This document shows, in pieces, positions 1 through 9,941 of a stretch of DNA of 64,000 bases. The DNA is taken from assembly GCA_965243755.1 (NCBI GenBank), contig CBDEVW010000004.1, forward strand, positions 272,053 through 336,052, given 5' to 3'. The translations under genes were made by a program, and so were the position numbers. This stretch comes from Cyclobacteriaceae bacterium. Lineage in GTDB: Bacteria > Bacteroidota > Bacteroidia > Cytophagales > Cyclobacteriaceae. Positions within the stretch are counted from its first letter, which is position 1. Each line of letters opens with the position of its first letter. The notes below the pieces were generated by a model, which ran no database searches, was not told the origin of the DNA, and saw only the letters and a list, made by a program, of their open reading frames with translations.

Positions 1-788
1 TATTGAAGCGCTTTTTCCAGTTCGCCGCTACTTTTATAGATATCTCCAAGCCCCACATAGGTGGTGGCAACATCCGGGTGACTGTCTCCAAAAGTATTGA
101 TATAGATTTCCAGCGCTTCATTGTAATGATCTTTCGCCAGGTTGTAACTCCCTTTGTTTCTATAAAGGTTGCCCAGGCTTAATAACGAGTTGGCCACATA
201 TGGATGGTTTCTTCCCAGAATTTCTGTATTGGTATTTAAGGCATTTTTGAAATAATTGAATGCTTCCTTGTACTGCAGCTTACCATAGTACACATTTCCA
301 ATTCCCATATTTGTTGGTGCAGCATACAGGTGCTTCTCGTCATGACTAATGTCATCGATGATCTTTTTGGCCTTGTTGTACTCTTCCAAAGCCTGTTCAT
401 GCTGGCCGGTCAGGTAATGTACGTTACCGATGTTGAGATATGCATTGGCCTCTTCCAGGTGATCTGGTTTTAGGTGTTGATGACAAAGCCTGAGGGCCTC
501 TTCGGCAATAGTGAGTGCCTCATCCAGTAAAAAATCAGCACTTAAGTTTTCTGCAATTTTATTTTTACAACTGATGACTCCCTCATAGTTTTGGATCTCC
601 GCAAATATTTTTTCCGCTTTTTTGAAGTAATGGATGGAGCTGTCATGCAGGTTAAACAGTAAAAGTGTATCCGCTTTTTGATAATATTTCACCGCTTGCA
701 GGCTATCATTTGGAACAGTTCTGGCAAAAGTGCTGAAAGTGTTTAAAGTGAAAAAGATAGCAGTGACAGCCAAATATAGGTAGTTCAT
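1..788 (-). CDS. TPR-repeat protein, N-terminal part (ORF open at left window edge)
   Basis: Not in the ORF track because it is open at the window edge. My reverse-complement translation from the ATG at 788-786 gives MNYLYLAVTAIFFTLNTFSTFARTVPNDS (signal-like). Repeated helical TPR-like units follow (..IAEEALRLC.., ..HEQALEEYNKAKKI..). The N-terminal architecture matches the TPR histidine kinase at 36854-38995. Confidence 0.65.
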   Translation of the reverse strand, partial: MNYLYLAVTAIFFTLNTFSTFARTVPNDSLQAVKYYQKADTLLLFNLHDSSIHYFKKAEKIFAEIQNYEGVISCKNKIAENLSADFLLDEALTIAEEALRLCHQHLKPDHLEEANAYLNIGNVHYLTGQHEQALEEYNKAKKIIDDISHDEKHLYAAPTNMGIGNVYYGKLQYKEAFNYFKNALNTNTEILGRNHPYVANSLLSLGNLYRNKGSYNLAKDHYNEALEIYINTFGDSHPDVATTYVGLGDIYKSSGELEKALQ

Positions 789-877
789 CTAATAATTAAT
801 TTCTGTATTAAAATGTTTCCTAATTTAGGTAAATTATTATCAATTAATTATTTCCTCATTACGAACCGATCAAAAAA

Positions 878-2629
878 ATGAATATCCTACGCAGCATAAT
901 CACACTATGTTTGTCAATTCTATTGACTAGTTACGCCCTTCAAACTACTGCCCAGCCGCCGGATGCCGTTACCCAATACTATGTTTCTGAAAGCGGTAAA
1001 TTATACTGGCCGGCAGATAAGCCAGTCTATTTATTTGTTTCTGATGCTCCTGATGGTGCAAGACCACAGCGCCTAAAAAGTGACTCCAGCAACCAATATG
1101 CAGATCCATTTTTTCTGGATACTGAAGGAGTAAATTATATCCGAACCAAATGGGCCGTTGACCCTGAAACAAAGAAATATGTACTTCCGATGCGGGAAGT
1201 AGTTTTTGAAATATACCGGGATGGAACAACCCCGGCAACAGATATCAGCCTTACTGGCGCAAATTCTTTCAACAAGGAAGGAGTACAGTATTACGGTAAA
1301 AATTTACAACTAAGTTTGTCATCCAAAGACCAGCTTTCAGGATCAAGAGTTACATATGTTTCGGCAAATGGCTCTGATTTTCAGCCATATAGTACTGCAC
1401 TGAAGCTCGAAGAAAACAAACCCTACACGTTTAAATATTATACTGTTGATAATGTGGGTAACCGTGAAAACACCAAAGAAAGGTCCTTCATTGTAGATGT
1501 AGTAGCTCCTACAACTGAAATTGAATTTACTGGTGACCGACGAAACAACATCTTTTCACCAAGAGCCAAATTTTCCTTGAAAGCAATGGATACAGGCTCG
1601 GGCGTGAAGGCATTGTATTACAGTATTGATGGGGGACAGGAAAAACGCTTTTATAATGAAGTGCCACTCAAAGATCTTGTTGATGGAGACCATAAAGTGT
1701 CTTTTTATAGTATAGATCAGGTAGGCAATAAAGAGGAAGTTAAAACAATGGACTTCTATCTGGATAAAACTGCTCCTGAGGTTAAAGCTACCGTTGTGGG
1801 TGATCAATATCAAAACAGAGGTAGAGTGTTTGTGTCTGTTAGAACAAAGGTGAAGCTGGAGGTGTCGGATAATAAGGCAGGGGTTAAAAAAGTATGGTAC
1901 AAAATTGATGACAACCCAGAGCGACCATACGTCGAGCCTTTTGAACTGCCGCAATCAAAAGGAAAACATGTGATCATGTATTATGCTACAGATAATGTAA
2001 ACAATAATTTCAAATCACTATTTGACGAGTCTGCGAGTGACCGATCAAGTCTGGATATAGATATGGTAGCACCTGAGATCAGTTACAACTTCAAAGGAAA
2101 GATGCATGTGACAAGAGATACGTCCTTCATTACTTCCGAAACAAAAATTGACCTGGGAGCAGTGGATGATGATAGTGGAGTGAAGAAAGTAGGCTATAAG
2201 ATCAATGGTGGTAAAGGAATTGAATATGTAGCTCCGTTTAACATTCCTGAAGAAGGAAGATATGTGATTGATTTCTATGGTATGGACCAGGTCAATAACA
2301 GAAATTCCAAAGAGTTTTTCTTTATAGTTGATAATACAGGTCCGGAGATAGAAACTATTCTGAGTAGTGATCCCATTGGAAGCATTAGCCTGGATGATAA
2401 GGACAGTGATCTCAAAGTGTACTCATCCGGCGTGAAATTATACCTGGGAGCCACAGACATGGTGGTTAATACAGCCGCAATTTATTATCAGATCAATGAT
2501 GGCAAAGAAGTGGAGTATAGCGGACCGATCGCAATTAAGCAAAAGGGTATTGTAACCTATAAGGTCAGAGCCGTGGATGATCTTGGAAATGAAAGCACCA
2601 GTGAAACATTTGAGATTTTTATAAAGTAA
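878..2629 (+). CDS. Secreted protein with five tandem Ig-like/beta-sandwich repeats
   Basis: 583-aa track ORF with signal peptide MNILRSIITLCLSILLTSYALQTTAQ. Five ~90-aa repeats each end in an aromatic-x-x-D-x-[VL]-[GN]-N motif (YYTVDNVGNRE, FYSIDQVGNKE, YYATDNVNNN, FYGMDQVNNRN, VRAVDDLGNES). Linkers of type D-x-x-[AG]-P-[TE] follow the first four (DVVAPTTE, DKTAPEVK, DMVAPEIS, DNTGPEIE). Resembles chitobiase-C-terminal / OmpL47-type repeats. Confidence 0.75.
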   Translation: MNILRSIITLCLSILLTSYALQTTAQPPDAVTQYYVSESGKLYWPADKPVYLFVSDAPDGARPQRLKSDSSNQYADPFFLDTEGVNYIRTKWAVDPETKKYVLPMREVVFEIYRDGTTPATDISLTGANSFNKEGVQYYGKNLQLSLSSKDQLSGSRVTYVSANGSDFQPYSTALKLEENKPYTFKYYTVDNVGNRENTKERSFIVDVVAPTTEIEFTGDRRNNIFSPRAKFSLKAMDTGSGVKALYYSIDGGQEKRFYNEVPLKDLVDGDHKVSFYSIDQVGNKEEVKTMDFYLDKTAPEVKATVVGDQYQNRGRVFVSVRTKVKLEVSDNKAGVKKVWYKIDDNPERPYVEPFELPQSKGKHVIMYYATDNVNNNFKSLFDESASDRSSLDIDMVAPEISYNFKGKMHVTRDTSFITSETKIDLGAVDDDSGVKKVGYKINGGKGIEYVAPFNIPEEGRYVIDFYGMDQVNNRNSKEFFFIVDNTGPEIETILSSDPIGSISLDDKDSDLKVYSSGVKLYLGATDMVVNTAAIYYQINDGKEVEYSGPIAIKQKGIVTYKVRAVDDLGNESTSETFEIFIK

Positions 2630-2642
2630 TATAAGTTTAAGT

Positions 2643-2663
2643 CCTGCTCCATTAAGGAGCAGG
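2643..2663 (+). terminator. Putative intrinsic terminator hairpin
   Basis: Inverted repeat CCTGCTCC-ATTAA-GGAGCAGG begins 14 nt after the stop at 2629 and is followed by CATGTTTT. The T tract is short. Confidence 0.5.
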
Positions 2664-2758
2664 CATGTTTTCCAGGGGATTGGATCTTAGTGCGTAGGAT
2701 ATTTATTTATTAGAAGAATAATAGCTATTTTATATAACACTGATCATACTGGACGGGA

Positions 2759-4141
2759 ATGGCAAGATTCATTCTATTAAAAAAGAGTTTTTATCAATCA
2801 GTACTTACGAAAATTGGTGTATTGGCACTTACAATGCTAATATTGTCCATACTATCCTACCTTATCATTAATAATAGCAAGGCACAACAATACCAAAGAG
2901 ATCTGGACCTTGTCAGTCATATGAAGGTTTTATCTCAACAGATAGGAATTGCCTCGTTGACCAATGAAAAAACAGCTCAATTGATCACACAATTTGATAG
3001 CTGCTACAGCAGGATCAATAGGAAAATTGAAGACCCTAAAACTTTAGATAAGCTTAATGTACATTGGCAGGCTTTTAAGAATTTGTTAGATGTTGAAACT
3101 GAACAATTGGTTTTGGTTGAATCTTCCAGGGAATTACTGCGACAATGTGAAGTAGTTTACAACAGTGCTTATTTGAAAAAAGAGGCAGAAAACAGGTTCA
3201 CCAATACCATAGTGATCATCATATTAAGTCTTTCAGCCTCAGTGATTGCTGTTGGAGCATTTGTCATGCAAAAACAAATGATCACACCTTTAAAGTCGAT
3301 TGTGAAGTTTTTGAGGGCCTTTGGCAATGGAGACCTTACGCATAAACTCAATCAGTCTATTCGGAATGAGATCGGTTATGTGGCCTATAATCTGGATATG
3401 GTCATTGATCAACTTTCCGAGATCATAAAAAAGGTAAATGGGCAATCGAAGCAACTTTTGGATGCCAGCGGCCCACTGACTTCCAATGCAGATAGCCTAA
3501 GTGTGAATGCCGCAGATTTGTCCAGCTCAGCAAGTGAAATTGCCTCCTTGATTGAGGAAATGACAGCCAGTATCGAATCAAATGTTCATACGACCACTAA
3601 TACCAACCAGGAAATCCTTAATGTACTCAAGGAGCTGGACCGATTGAAGAAACTGGTGACCGAAGGTACCAAGTCAGCCAAAGAGGTGAGGGAAAAGACC
3701 AAGATGATCAATATGATTGCCGGCCAAACGAATTTATTGGCGCTGAATGCTGCCATTGAGGCAAAAAGGGCAGGAGAGGCCGGAAAGGGTTTTGCAGTGG
3801 TGGCCCAGGAAGTTCGAAACCTGGCTGAACTCAGTAAACGAGCTGCGGATGATATCATTACCATTTCTGCCAGCAGGGTTACGCTGGCACAGGAAATAGA
3901 ACAACTTTTTGACCAGGTGGTGGAAATCATCAGGGAATCTTCCAAATCTATTGAAGCCATTACTACAGCAAGTCAGGAACAGAAAATCAGTACCCAACAG
4001 ATCAATTCGTCCATGCAGGGTTTAAACAATATTTCAATCTCCACTGAAAATGCAGCGGCAATACTGAAGGACTATGCCGACACCCTTGCCAGGATGTCGG
4101 TAGAACTCAATGAGATAGTTTCCGCTTTCAAAATCAGGTAA
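2759..4141 (+). CDS. Methyl-accepting chemotaxis protein (TM sensor, HAMP, MCP signalling domain)
   Basis: 460 aa with two hydrophobic segments. HAMP-like [23 protein letters not shown]. Highly conserved MCP hairpin tip [35 protein letters not shown]. Confidence 0.9.
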   Translation: MARFILLKKSFYQSVLTKIGVLALTMLILSILSYLIINNSKAQQYQRDLDLVSHMKVLSQQIGIASLTNEKTAQLITQFDSCYSRINRKIEDPKTLDKLNVHWQAFKNLLDVETEQLVLVESSRELLRQCEVVYNSAYLKKEAENRFTNTIVIIILSLSASVIAVGAFVMQKQMITPLKSIVKFLRAFGNGDLTHKLNQSIRNEIGYVAYNLDMVIDQLSEIIKKVNGQSKQLLDASGPLTSNADSLSVNAADLSSSASEIASLIEEMTASIESNVHTTTNTNQEILNVLKELDRLKKLVTEGTKSAKEVREKTKMINMIAGQTNLLALNAAIEAKRAGEAGKGFAVVAQEVRNLAELSKRAADDIITISASRVTLAQEIEQLFDQVVEIIRESSKSIEAITTASQEQKISTQQINSSMQGLNNISISTENAAAILKDYADTLARMSVELNEIVSAFKIR

Positions 4142-5078
4142 TTTCTTTAAAAATGCCAACACCTCGCTCTTCGTCTGAGCTGAGCCATCCACGATACATG
4201 CCTTCGGAATTAAAGGAAATGCCAATATGACCATCCGGGTCCACCGCTATGACACCACCTTCACCTCCCATTGCAACAAGTTTATTCTGAATCACTTCAT
4301 CCGCCGCTTCCTGCAGGCTCATTCCTTTGTATTTAACAAGTGCAGCAATATCATGTGCGACCACAGCGCGAATGAAGAATTCTCCATATCCGGTGCTGGA
4401 CACTGCACACGATTGATTGTCAGCAAAACAGCCACATCCAATTAATGAACTGTCACCAATTCTTCCATATTTTTTATTGGTGAGCCCTCCAGTAGATGTG
4501 CCGGCAGCAAGGTTATCATTCAGATCCAACGCCACTGCACCAACAGTCCCGAATTTTTTCTCACCATCATGATCTAGCAGCACTTTTCCTATCTTCTTGG
4601 CGGCCATCAATTGATTGTACCGGAAATCCGTATAGAAATAAACCGGATCAACCAGTTTCATGTGATGCTCTGCGGCGTACTGTTCCGCACCTTTTCCAGA
4701 GAGATAAACATATTCATCGTCATGCAGGATCTTTCTGGAAAGTACAATTGGGTTTTTAACCCGACTTATAGCAGAAACTGCGCCTGCTCTGGCAGTGGCA
4801 CCATCCATGATAGACGCTTCCATCTCGTGCGTCTCATCATTGGTGAATACTGAACCTTTACCAGCATTGAACAAGGGAGAGTCTTCCAAAGATTTGATAG
4901 TGGCCTCTACAGCATCCAGTGCTGTACCACCTACTTTCAATATACTTTCACCTGCATCTAATGCTTCGTTAAGTGCTGTTTTATATTGCTCCTCCAGTTG
5001 CGGAGTGATTTCATTTCTTAATAAAGTACCTGCACCACCATGGATGGCCAGGGCATATTTTCCTAACATACTACTCAA
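4134..5078 (-). CDS. iaaA: Isoaspartyl peptidase / L-asparaginase (Ntn hydrolase, IaaA type)
   Basis: 314 aa, colinear with E. coli IaaA as I recall it: [33 protein letters not shown], autoprocessing site [26 protein letters not shown]. Confidence 0.9.
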   Translation of the reverse strand: MSSMLGKYALAIHGGAGTLLRNEITPQLEEQYKTALNEALDAGESILKVGGTALDAVEATIKSLEDSPLFNAGKGSVFTNDETHEMEASIMDGATARAGAVSAISRVKNPIVLSRKILHDDEYVYLSGKGAEQYAAEHHMKLVDPVYFYTDFRYNQLMAAKKIGKVLLDHDGEKKFGTVGAVALDLNDNLAAGTSTGGLTNKKYGRIGDSSLIGCGCFADNQSCAVSSTGYGEFFIRAVVAHDIAALVKYKGMSLQEAADEVIQNKLVAMGGEGGVIAVDPDGHIGISFNSEGMYRGWLSSDEERGVGIFKEIT

Positions 5079-5121
5079 TATTTTTAATGTTTTTTCTATT
5101 TACCGGAGCAATGCTCCTTAT

Positions 5122-6516
5122 CTAAAAAGGTCCCCAATCGAATAATAGAACAGGTGGTATCAGCAATAGCATGGCAATAAGAAAGAATGTAATCATTACC
5201 GGGAGCATCCATCTCATCCATTTGTCGTAAGGGACTTTTCCCATGGCCAATACTCCCATTGTTACCCCACTGGTGGGAATGATCAGGTTGGTTAGCCCAT
5301 CACCAAATTGAAAAGCCAATACTGCTGTTTGCCTGCTGATTCCCAATAGATCACTCAATGGGCTCATTATTGGCATGGTCAATGCTGCTTGTCCTGACCC
5401 GGATGGAACAAACAGATTTAAAAAACTCTGCACAAGAAACATGGCTTGTACCGAAATATATGAAGGCAGGTCTTTTACCGAAGATGCAATATGATATAAA
5501 ATTGTATCAAGGATTTTGCCATCCTGGGCAATGATCAAAATGGCTTTAGAGAAGGCGATGACAAGTCCCGCAACCAAAATATCCTTCGCACCATCCACAA
5601 AAGAATCGGCAGCATCATTGGGTGACATTCTGTATATAATTGCACTGATTATGGCCAGAGCGAAAAACAGCCCACCAATTTCATTGATGTACCAACCAAG
5701 ATTACTGACGCCATAGATGAGCAAACCAATGGCAATGAAAAAAAGCGCAAGAATTATTTTCCTAGCGGGAGTGAATACGATCACATCAACCTGATCCAGT
5801 CGATTTTCTCTTTTTTGATCCACCTCATACATTGGGCTGACTGAAGGATTTTTTTCCAGCCGTTTGATATACTTCATGATGAAGAATATTGGAACCAGTG
5901 TTAGGATACCCCAACAAATGATACGATATCCTGATCCACTGAAGGGAGGCAATTCAGCTATACCTTGTGCGATACCAACGGTAAAAGGATTGCTGAACGC
6001 ACCAGCAAAGCCAGCTCCGGCACCAACGAATGGGATAGCCACCCCAACGATGGAATCATAGCCCAAAGCCAATGAAAGTGGGATAGTGATCAAAACGAAT
6101 ACAATTACTTCCTCACTCATACCAAATGTTGCCCCAGCCAGTGAAAACAAAGCAATGAGCGCTGGAATGATCACATTTTTTAATGCAGGCTTGCGTTTGC
6201 ACAACCTGATTAAGCTTTGCAGTGCTGCATTAATGGCTTGCGAGCGATTGATCACGGAAAATGCCCCTCCCACAATCAAAACAAATGCAATGATTTGACC
6301 AGCAGAAATAAAACCTTTCAAGGGACTTGTGAAAAACGCAAAGAAACCCTGAGGAGCCTGCTCGGTGACCTGATAGGAACCAGGCACCACCACTTCACGA
6401 CCACTATTGGTAATTCTTTCAAACTCACCCGCCGGGATCACCCAGGTAAGCCCGGTGAAAATGAGAAGAATAGCGATCAGTATGATCAGGGTATGGGGTA
6501 TTTTTTTTGCTGTCAT
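5122..6516 (-). CDS. yfcC: YfcC / DcuC-type (C4-dicarboxylate anaerobic carrier family) permease
   Basis: 464 aa and polytopic. The N-terminus PHTLIILIAILLIFTGLTWVIPAGEFERI is typical of the YfcC family. The start overlaps the upstream cyanophycinase stop by 4 nt (6513-6516). Confidence 0.8.
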   Translation of the reverse strand: MTAKKIPHTLIILIAILLIFTGLTWVIPAGEFERITNSGREVVVPGSYQVTEQAPQGFFAFFTSPLKGFISAGQIIAFVLIVGGAFSVINRSQAINAALQSLIRLCKRKPALKNVIIPALIALFSLAGATFGMSEEVIVFVLITIPLSLALGYDSIVGVAIPFVGAGAGFAGAFSNPFTVGIAQGIAELPPFSGSGYRIICWGILTLVPIFFIMKYIKRLEKNPSVSPMYEVDQKRENRLDQVDVIVFTPARKIILALFFIAIGLLIYGVSNLGWYINEIGGLFFALAIISAIIYRMSPNDAADSFVDGAKDILVAGLVIAFSKAILIIAQDGKILDTILYHIASSVKDLPSYISVQAMFLVQSFLNLFVPSGSGQAALTMPIMSPLSDLLGISRQTAVLAFQFGDGLTNLIIPTSGVTMGVLAMGKVPYDKWMRWMLPVMITFFLIAMLLLIPPVLLFDWGPF

Positions 6517-7367
6517 TCTATTGGAAATGATTGTTCAGAAGTAAATATGCTCATAATGAGCTGATTTGCACTCAACTTACCGTTAGGGTTACTTTTAATT
6601 CCATCTGGTGAGTGAAACACAAGTACCTGGGATTCACCAATTACAGTAGCCATCCCTTTCACTACTACAATAGCTGTCGATTCATCAATACCAACGCCCT
6701 TGTAGTCAGGGTTTTCCAGGACAGCACTTATCAATCGGTTATGTCTGCTTCTTTTTACAAAGTGTTGATCAATTATAGCTGTTTTGATGAACCCCAGGCC
6801 TTGTTTCAGTTCTATGTTGTTTGTTTCAATGTTGCGAAATGTGCTGTGATACTCAGGGTATTTCAGCTCATTTCCGGTAATCATTTTTTGACTCATCACT
6901 GCTGCCCCTGCACTTGTTCCTGCGATAACTCCTCCGTTTAGATAACATTTTTCAATGGCTTCCTGAATGGCTGTGCCACCGGCAATGTCCATGAATTTAT
7001 TCTGGTCACCACCTGTGATATAGATCAAACGTGCATTTTCAATGCTATCGGTCCGGGTTTTATCGATTGCCTCTCCTTTGTTAAAGTTGAATCCAACAAT
7101 ATTGGTTAATCCCTGTTCTGTGAATTGTTTTCCGGCATAATAAATTGCAGAATCAGGTTCGGAGCTGGACATTGGTAAAATAATGCCATATCCTCCGGAA
7201 TCCAATTGAGCTACCTTGATGAGCCTCTTTATCATTGAAGGAGGACGTTTGCCCCCTCCAATGATAAAGAGTTTGCCAGATGGCCATTCCTTTTGGGTTA
7301 ATGTTTCGGAATTTTGGCCCGTACAGCTTAGGATTATTAAAAGTGCAATTGCAGTGAGTACTCTCAT
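6513..7367 (-). CDS. cphE: Cyanophycinase (peptidase S51) with lipoprotein-type signal
   Basis: 284 aa with signal ..IILSC-TGQ. S51/cyanophycinase motif order: FIIGGGKRPP, ITGGDQNKF, nucleophile elbow GTSAGAAVM, IDQHFVKRSRHNRL. Confidence 0.85.
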   Translation of the reverse strand: MRVLTAIALLIILSCTGQNSETLTQKEWPSGKLFIIGGGKRPPSMIKRLIKVAQLDSGGYGIILPMSSSEPDSAIYYAGKQFTEQGLTNIVGFNFNKGEAIDKTRTDSIENARLIYITGGDQNKFMDIAGGTAIQEAIEKCYLNGGVIAGTSAGAAVMSQKMITGNELKYPEYHSTFRNIETNNIELKQGLGFIKTAIIDQHFVKRSRHNRLISAVLENPDYKGVGIDESTAIVVVKGMATVIGESQVLVFHSPDGIKSNPNGKLSANQLIMSIFTSEQSFPIE

Positions 7368-7422
7368 TTTTGGTGTTATTTGAAAATTGCTTTGTTACGG
7401 CCTACTTTTAGTAACCTAATCA

Positions 7423-8547
7423 CTATTCAATAAAAAAAAGTCCCCTTGGATCATTGTAATCTGCAGTAAGCGTCACTTGACCGGAACCATCAAGGTTGGC
7501 CATAAATACACTTCCTGAGTTTCTTTCGGTCCAGTATATTTTATCATTGGTGTTGTCAATCCCGATCCCATATACGCGGTTACCTGTATCCACAAGTGAT
7601 TCTATATTAGAACCGTCCAGGTTGGCTCTCATCAACTGGCCTGTGTCCGAATTATCAAATATAATTTTTTCATTGACCGGATCCACAGTGATACCATATC
7701 CAAAGCCTCCAGCAGTATAACCGATGATTCTGGTCACTCCACTGCCATCTACATTTCCTACCCAAACGGCTTCTGCATCAACTGCAACGCATGTGATGTA
7801 GAGGTCACCATTGTGGAGGTCTAAGCCTACTGGTAGTTCTCCGAGTCCATGTGTGGCATTGTCGTAAAGTACCGTGCTGGTTTTGGTACTAAGATCCACT
7901 TCCCATATGGCATTGATCCCTGTACCGCGATCAGCAACATAAACTTTGTTGTTGGGGATGTCAAGTGCTATGTCTCTCGGTGCTCCAAACACATCGCTGA
8001 TCACCTCAGAATTGCTTCCATCCAGATCTACTCTCATTAATGTAAGATCATCGTCGTTGGTGTAATAGATGTGTTCATTGACCGGATCATACGCAATACC
8101 AGTTCCATACGCTCCAATATCTATGGATCCTCCTCCAATTTCATTGATGCTTCCACCAGCTGCGTCAATAAAGAAGAGCCTTACCAATAAGGCATTCGGG
8201 TCCTTGATCGTGACCTGTTTTTCAATGAAATCCAGGTCATTGTCAGAAGTTACGGTCATTGAAACAGTGTAGGTGCCTGGGTTAGTATACAAATGAGAAG
8301 GGCTTGCCTCGGTAGAGGAGGTGCCATCACCGAAGTTCCATGCATACGCAACACCGCCAGCATCTTCAGTAAGGTAGGTGGTGTTACTAAATGCGACAGT
8401 AGCAGGAGCAAATCCTTCATTTTCAATGGTGAAGCTGTAGTCAGCCACTACCGAACTGGCCTGTGGCACTGGAAACTCGTCATCTCCACAGGCGCCCAGG
8501 GTTATTGAAAGTATCAGCGTTGCTATTATTGATTTTATGCTTTTCAT
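7423..8547 (-). CDS. Lipoprotein: PKD domain + YWTD (LDL-receptor class B type) beta-propeller
   Basis: 374 aa with lipobox LGAC followed by the acidic stretch GDDE. PKD signature WNFGDGTSSTEASPSHLYTNPGTYTVSMTV. Propeller blades: IYYTNDDDLTLMRVDLDGSN, VYVADRGTG, IIFDNSDTGQLMRANLDGSN, IYWTERNSGSVFMANLDGS. Confidence 0.8.
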   Translation of the reverse strand: MKSIKSIIATLILSITLGACGDDEFPVPQASSVVADYSFTIENEGFAPATVAFSNTTYLTEDAGGVAYAWNFGDGTSSTEASPSHLYTNPGTYTVSMTVTSDNDLDFIEKQVTIKDPNALLVRLFFIDAAGGSINEIGGGSIDIGAYGTGIAYDPVNEHIYYTNDDDLTLMRVDLDGSNSEVISDVFGAPRDIALDIPNNKVYVADRGTGINAIWEVDLSTKTSTVLYDNATHGLGELPVGLDLHNGDLYITCVAVDAEAVWVGNVDGSGVTRIIGYTAGGFGYGITVDPVNEKIIFDNSDTGQLMRANLDGSNIESLVDTGNRVYGIGIDNTNDKIYWTERNSGSVFMANLDGSGQVTLTADYNDPRGLFFIE

Positions 8548-8549
8548 GA

Positions 8550-9929
8550 TTATTCTGCTTTTCTTATGACCATACCTCTAATATCAACACCCGTTTCATT
8601 CACAATCTCTTCATTGCTACCATCCAGATTGGCTGCACGGATGACTCCATCCCGTCCGGCCCAATAAAACTTGCCACTCTCATTGTCAATGGCTATTCCA
8701 TAAGTGCGGTCAGTCGTATTTCCAACCTTCTCTACATTACTCCCATCGAGATCAGCTCTTAAAATCTGGCTGCCATCACTGTCATCAAAGTATATCTTAT
8801 CATTCACTTTATCCACTTCAATGCCATAGCCAAATCCTCCTGCTCCATAGTCAATGATTTTTGAGATGCCTGAGCCATCCGTACTGCCAGTCCATACTGT
8901 TTCAGCATCAAAATCAACAGCTGTGGCAAATACGGTCCCATTGTGAATGTCCAGACCAACAGGAAGGAGAAAGTTTGCGTCATCTACGACACTGTATAGT
9001 GCCGATTTTGAATTATCTGACAGATCAATGGCTGAGATCTGATCAGCACTTCGTTCAACCACATAGACCATATTATTGGAGATGTCCAGGGCAATGTCGC
9101 GCCCACCATTCAAACCAGTGGCAATTTCTACCTGGTTGGTTCCCAGAAGGTTATTTTTATACAGTATCGCACTATCGTCATCCGTATAATAGAATTCTTC
9201 ATTTTCTGCATCATATGCAAGTCCAAAACAGAAACCGGGTAAATCAAAGACATCTTCTACTACCGCAGCATCGCTCAGCGAAATTTTCCGAAGTTTCAGA
9301 TTATCATTATCGATAAAGTACAGCTCAAACTGATTGGGCTGGATGGTAATGACCCGTGAAGCATCACTTGAACCTCCTGTACCTGTTGCAGTTAGTGTTA
9401 CCGTATAATCACCAGCCGTTAAATATGTAAACGTAGGGTTGGTTTCAGTACTGGTGGAATTACCAGGATCACCAAATGACCAAAGCAAACTGGTGGCATT
9501 TTCGGTAGTGCTCATAAAGCTAACTGCCTGACCAACTTTCAGGTCATTTTCATTTTCTATGGTAAAACCAGGTGTAGGAATGATTCCAGCAATGGTTATG
9601 GTTTGAGACGTTACGTCTCTTTGCCCGTTTCCACTTGCTTCCAATGTAACAGTATAATCACCAGGAGTTTCATAAATATGAGTTACTGTTTCCCCAACAG
9701 CTGAAAGTCCATCTCCAAAAGTCCAGTTGAATGTTACCGCATTCTCTGAGGTACTGGCAGAAAAAGTAATGGATTCTCCTTCCATGAGAACGCTTTCATT
9801 GGAGATTTCAAATGAAGCAACCGGATTCAAAGAAGCGTCTTCATCTTCATTACACGACGTAAATAACGCCGCAATTGACAGCACGATAACACATCGTGAT
9901 AAGAGTGTATTGATATATTTAAAATTCAT
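8550..9929 (-). CDS. Lipoprotein: two PKD domains + YWTD-type beta-propeller (paralog of 7423-8547)
   Basis: 459 aa with lipobox FTSC followed by NEDED. Two PKD signatures (WTFGDGLSAVGETVTHIYETPGDYTVTL, WSFGDPGNSTSTETNPTFTYLTAGDYTVTL). Blades: FYYTDDDSAILYKNNLLG, VYVVERSADQISAIDL, IYFDDSDGSQILRADLDGSN, FYWAGRDGVIRAANLDGSN. Confidence 0.8.
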   Translation of the reverse strand: MNFKYINTLLSRCVIVLSIAALFTSCNEDEDASLNPVASFEISNESVLMEGESITFSASTSENAVTFNWTFGDGLSAVGETVTHIYETPGDYTVTLEASGNGQRDVTSQTITIAGIIPTPGFTIENENDLKVGQAVSFMSTTENATSLLWSFGDPGNSTSTETNPTFTYLTAGDYTVTLTATGTGGSSDASRVITIQPNQFELYFIDNDNLKLRKISLSDAAVVEDVFDLPGFCFGLAYDAENEEFYYTDDDSAILYKNNLLGTNQVEIATGLNGGRDIALDISNNMVYVVERSADQISAIDLSDNSKSALYSVVDDANFLLPVGLDIHNGTVFATAVDFDAETVWTGSTDGSGISKIIDYGAGGFGYGIEVDKVNDKIYFDDSDGSQILRADLDGSNVEKVGNTTDRTYGIAIDNESGKFYWAGRDGVIRAANLDGSNEEIVNETGVDIRGMVIRKAE

Positions 9930-9941
9930 GATTTCTATCTT

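Noticed and set aside
7380-7389. TTGAAAATTG upstream of cphE, identical to the core of motif copy 3
   Set aside because: Only a 10-nt AT-rich match, 13 nt from the start codon. A chance occurrence in 64 kb on two strands is plausible, so it is not counted as a fourth copy.
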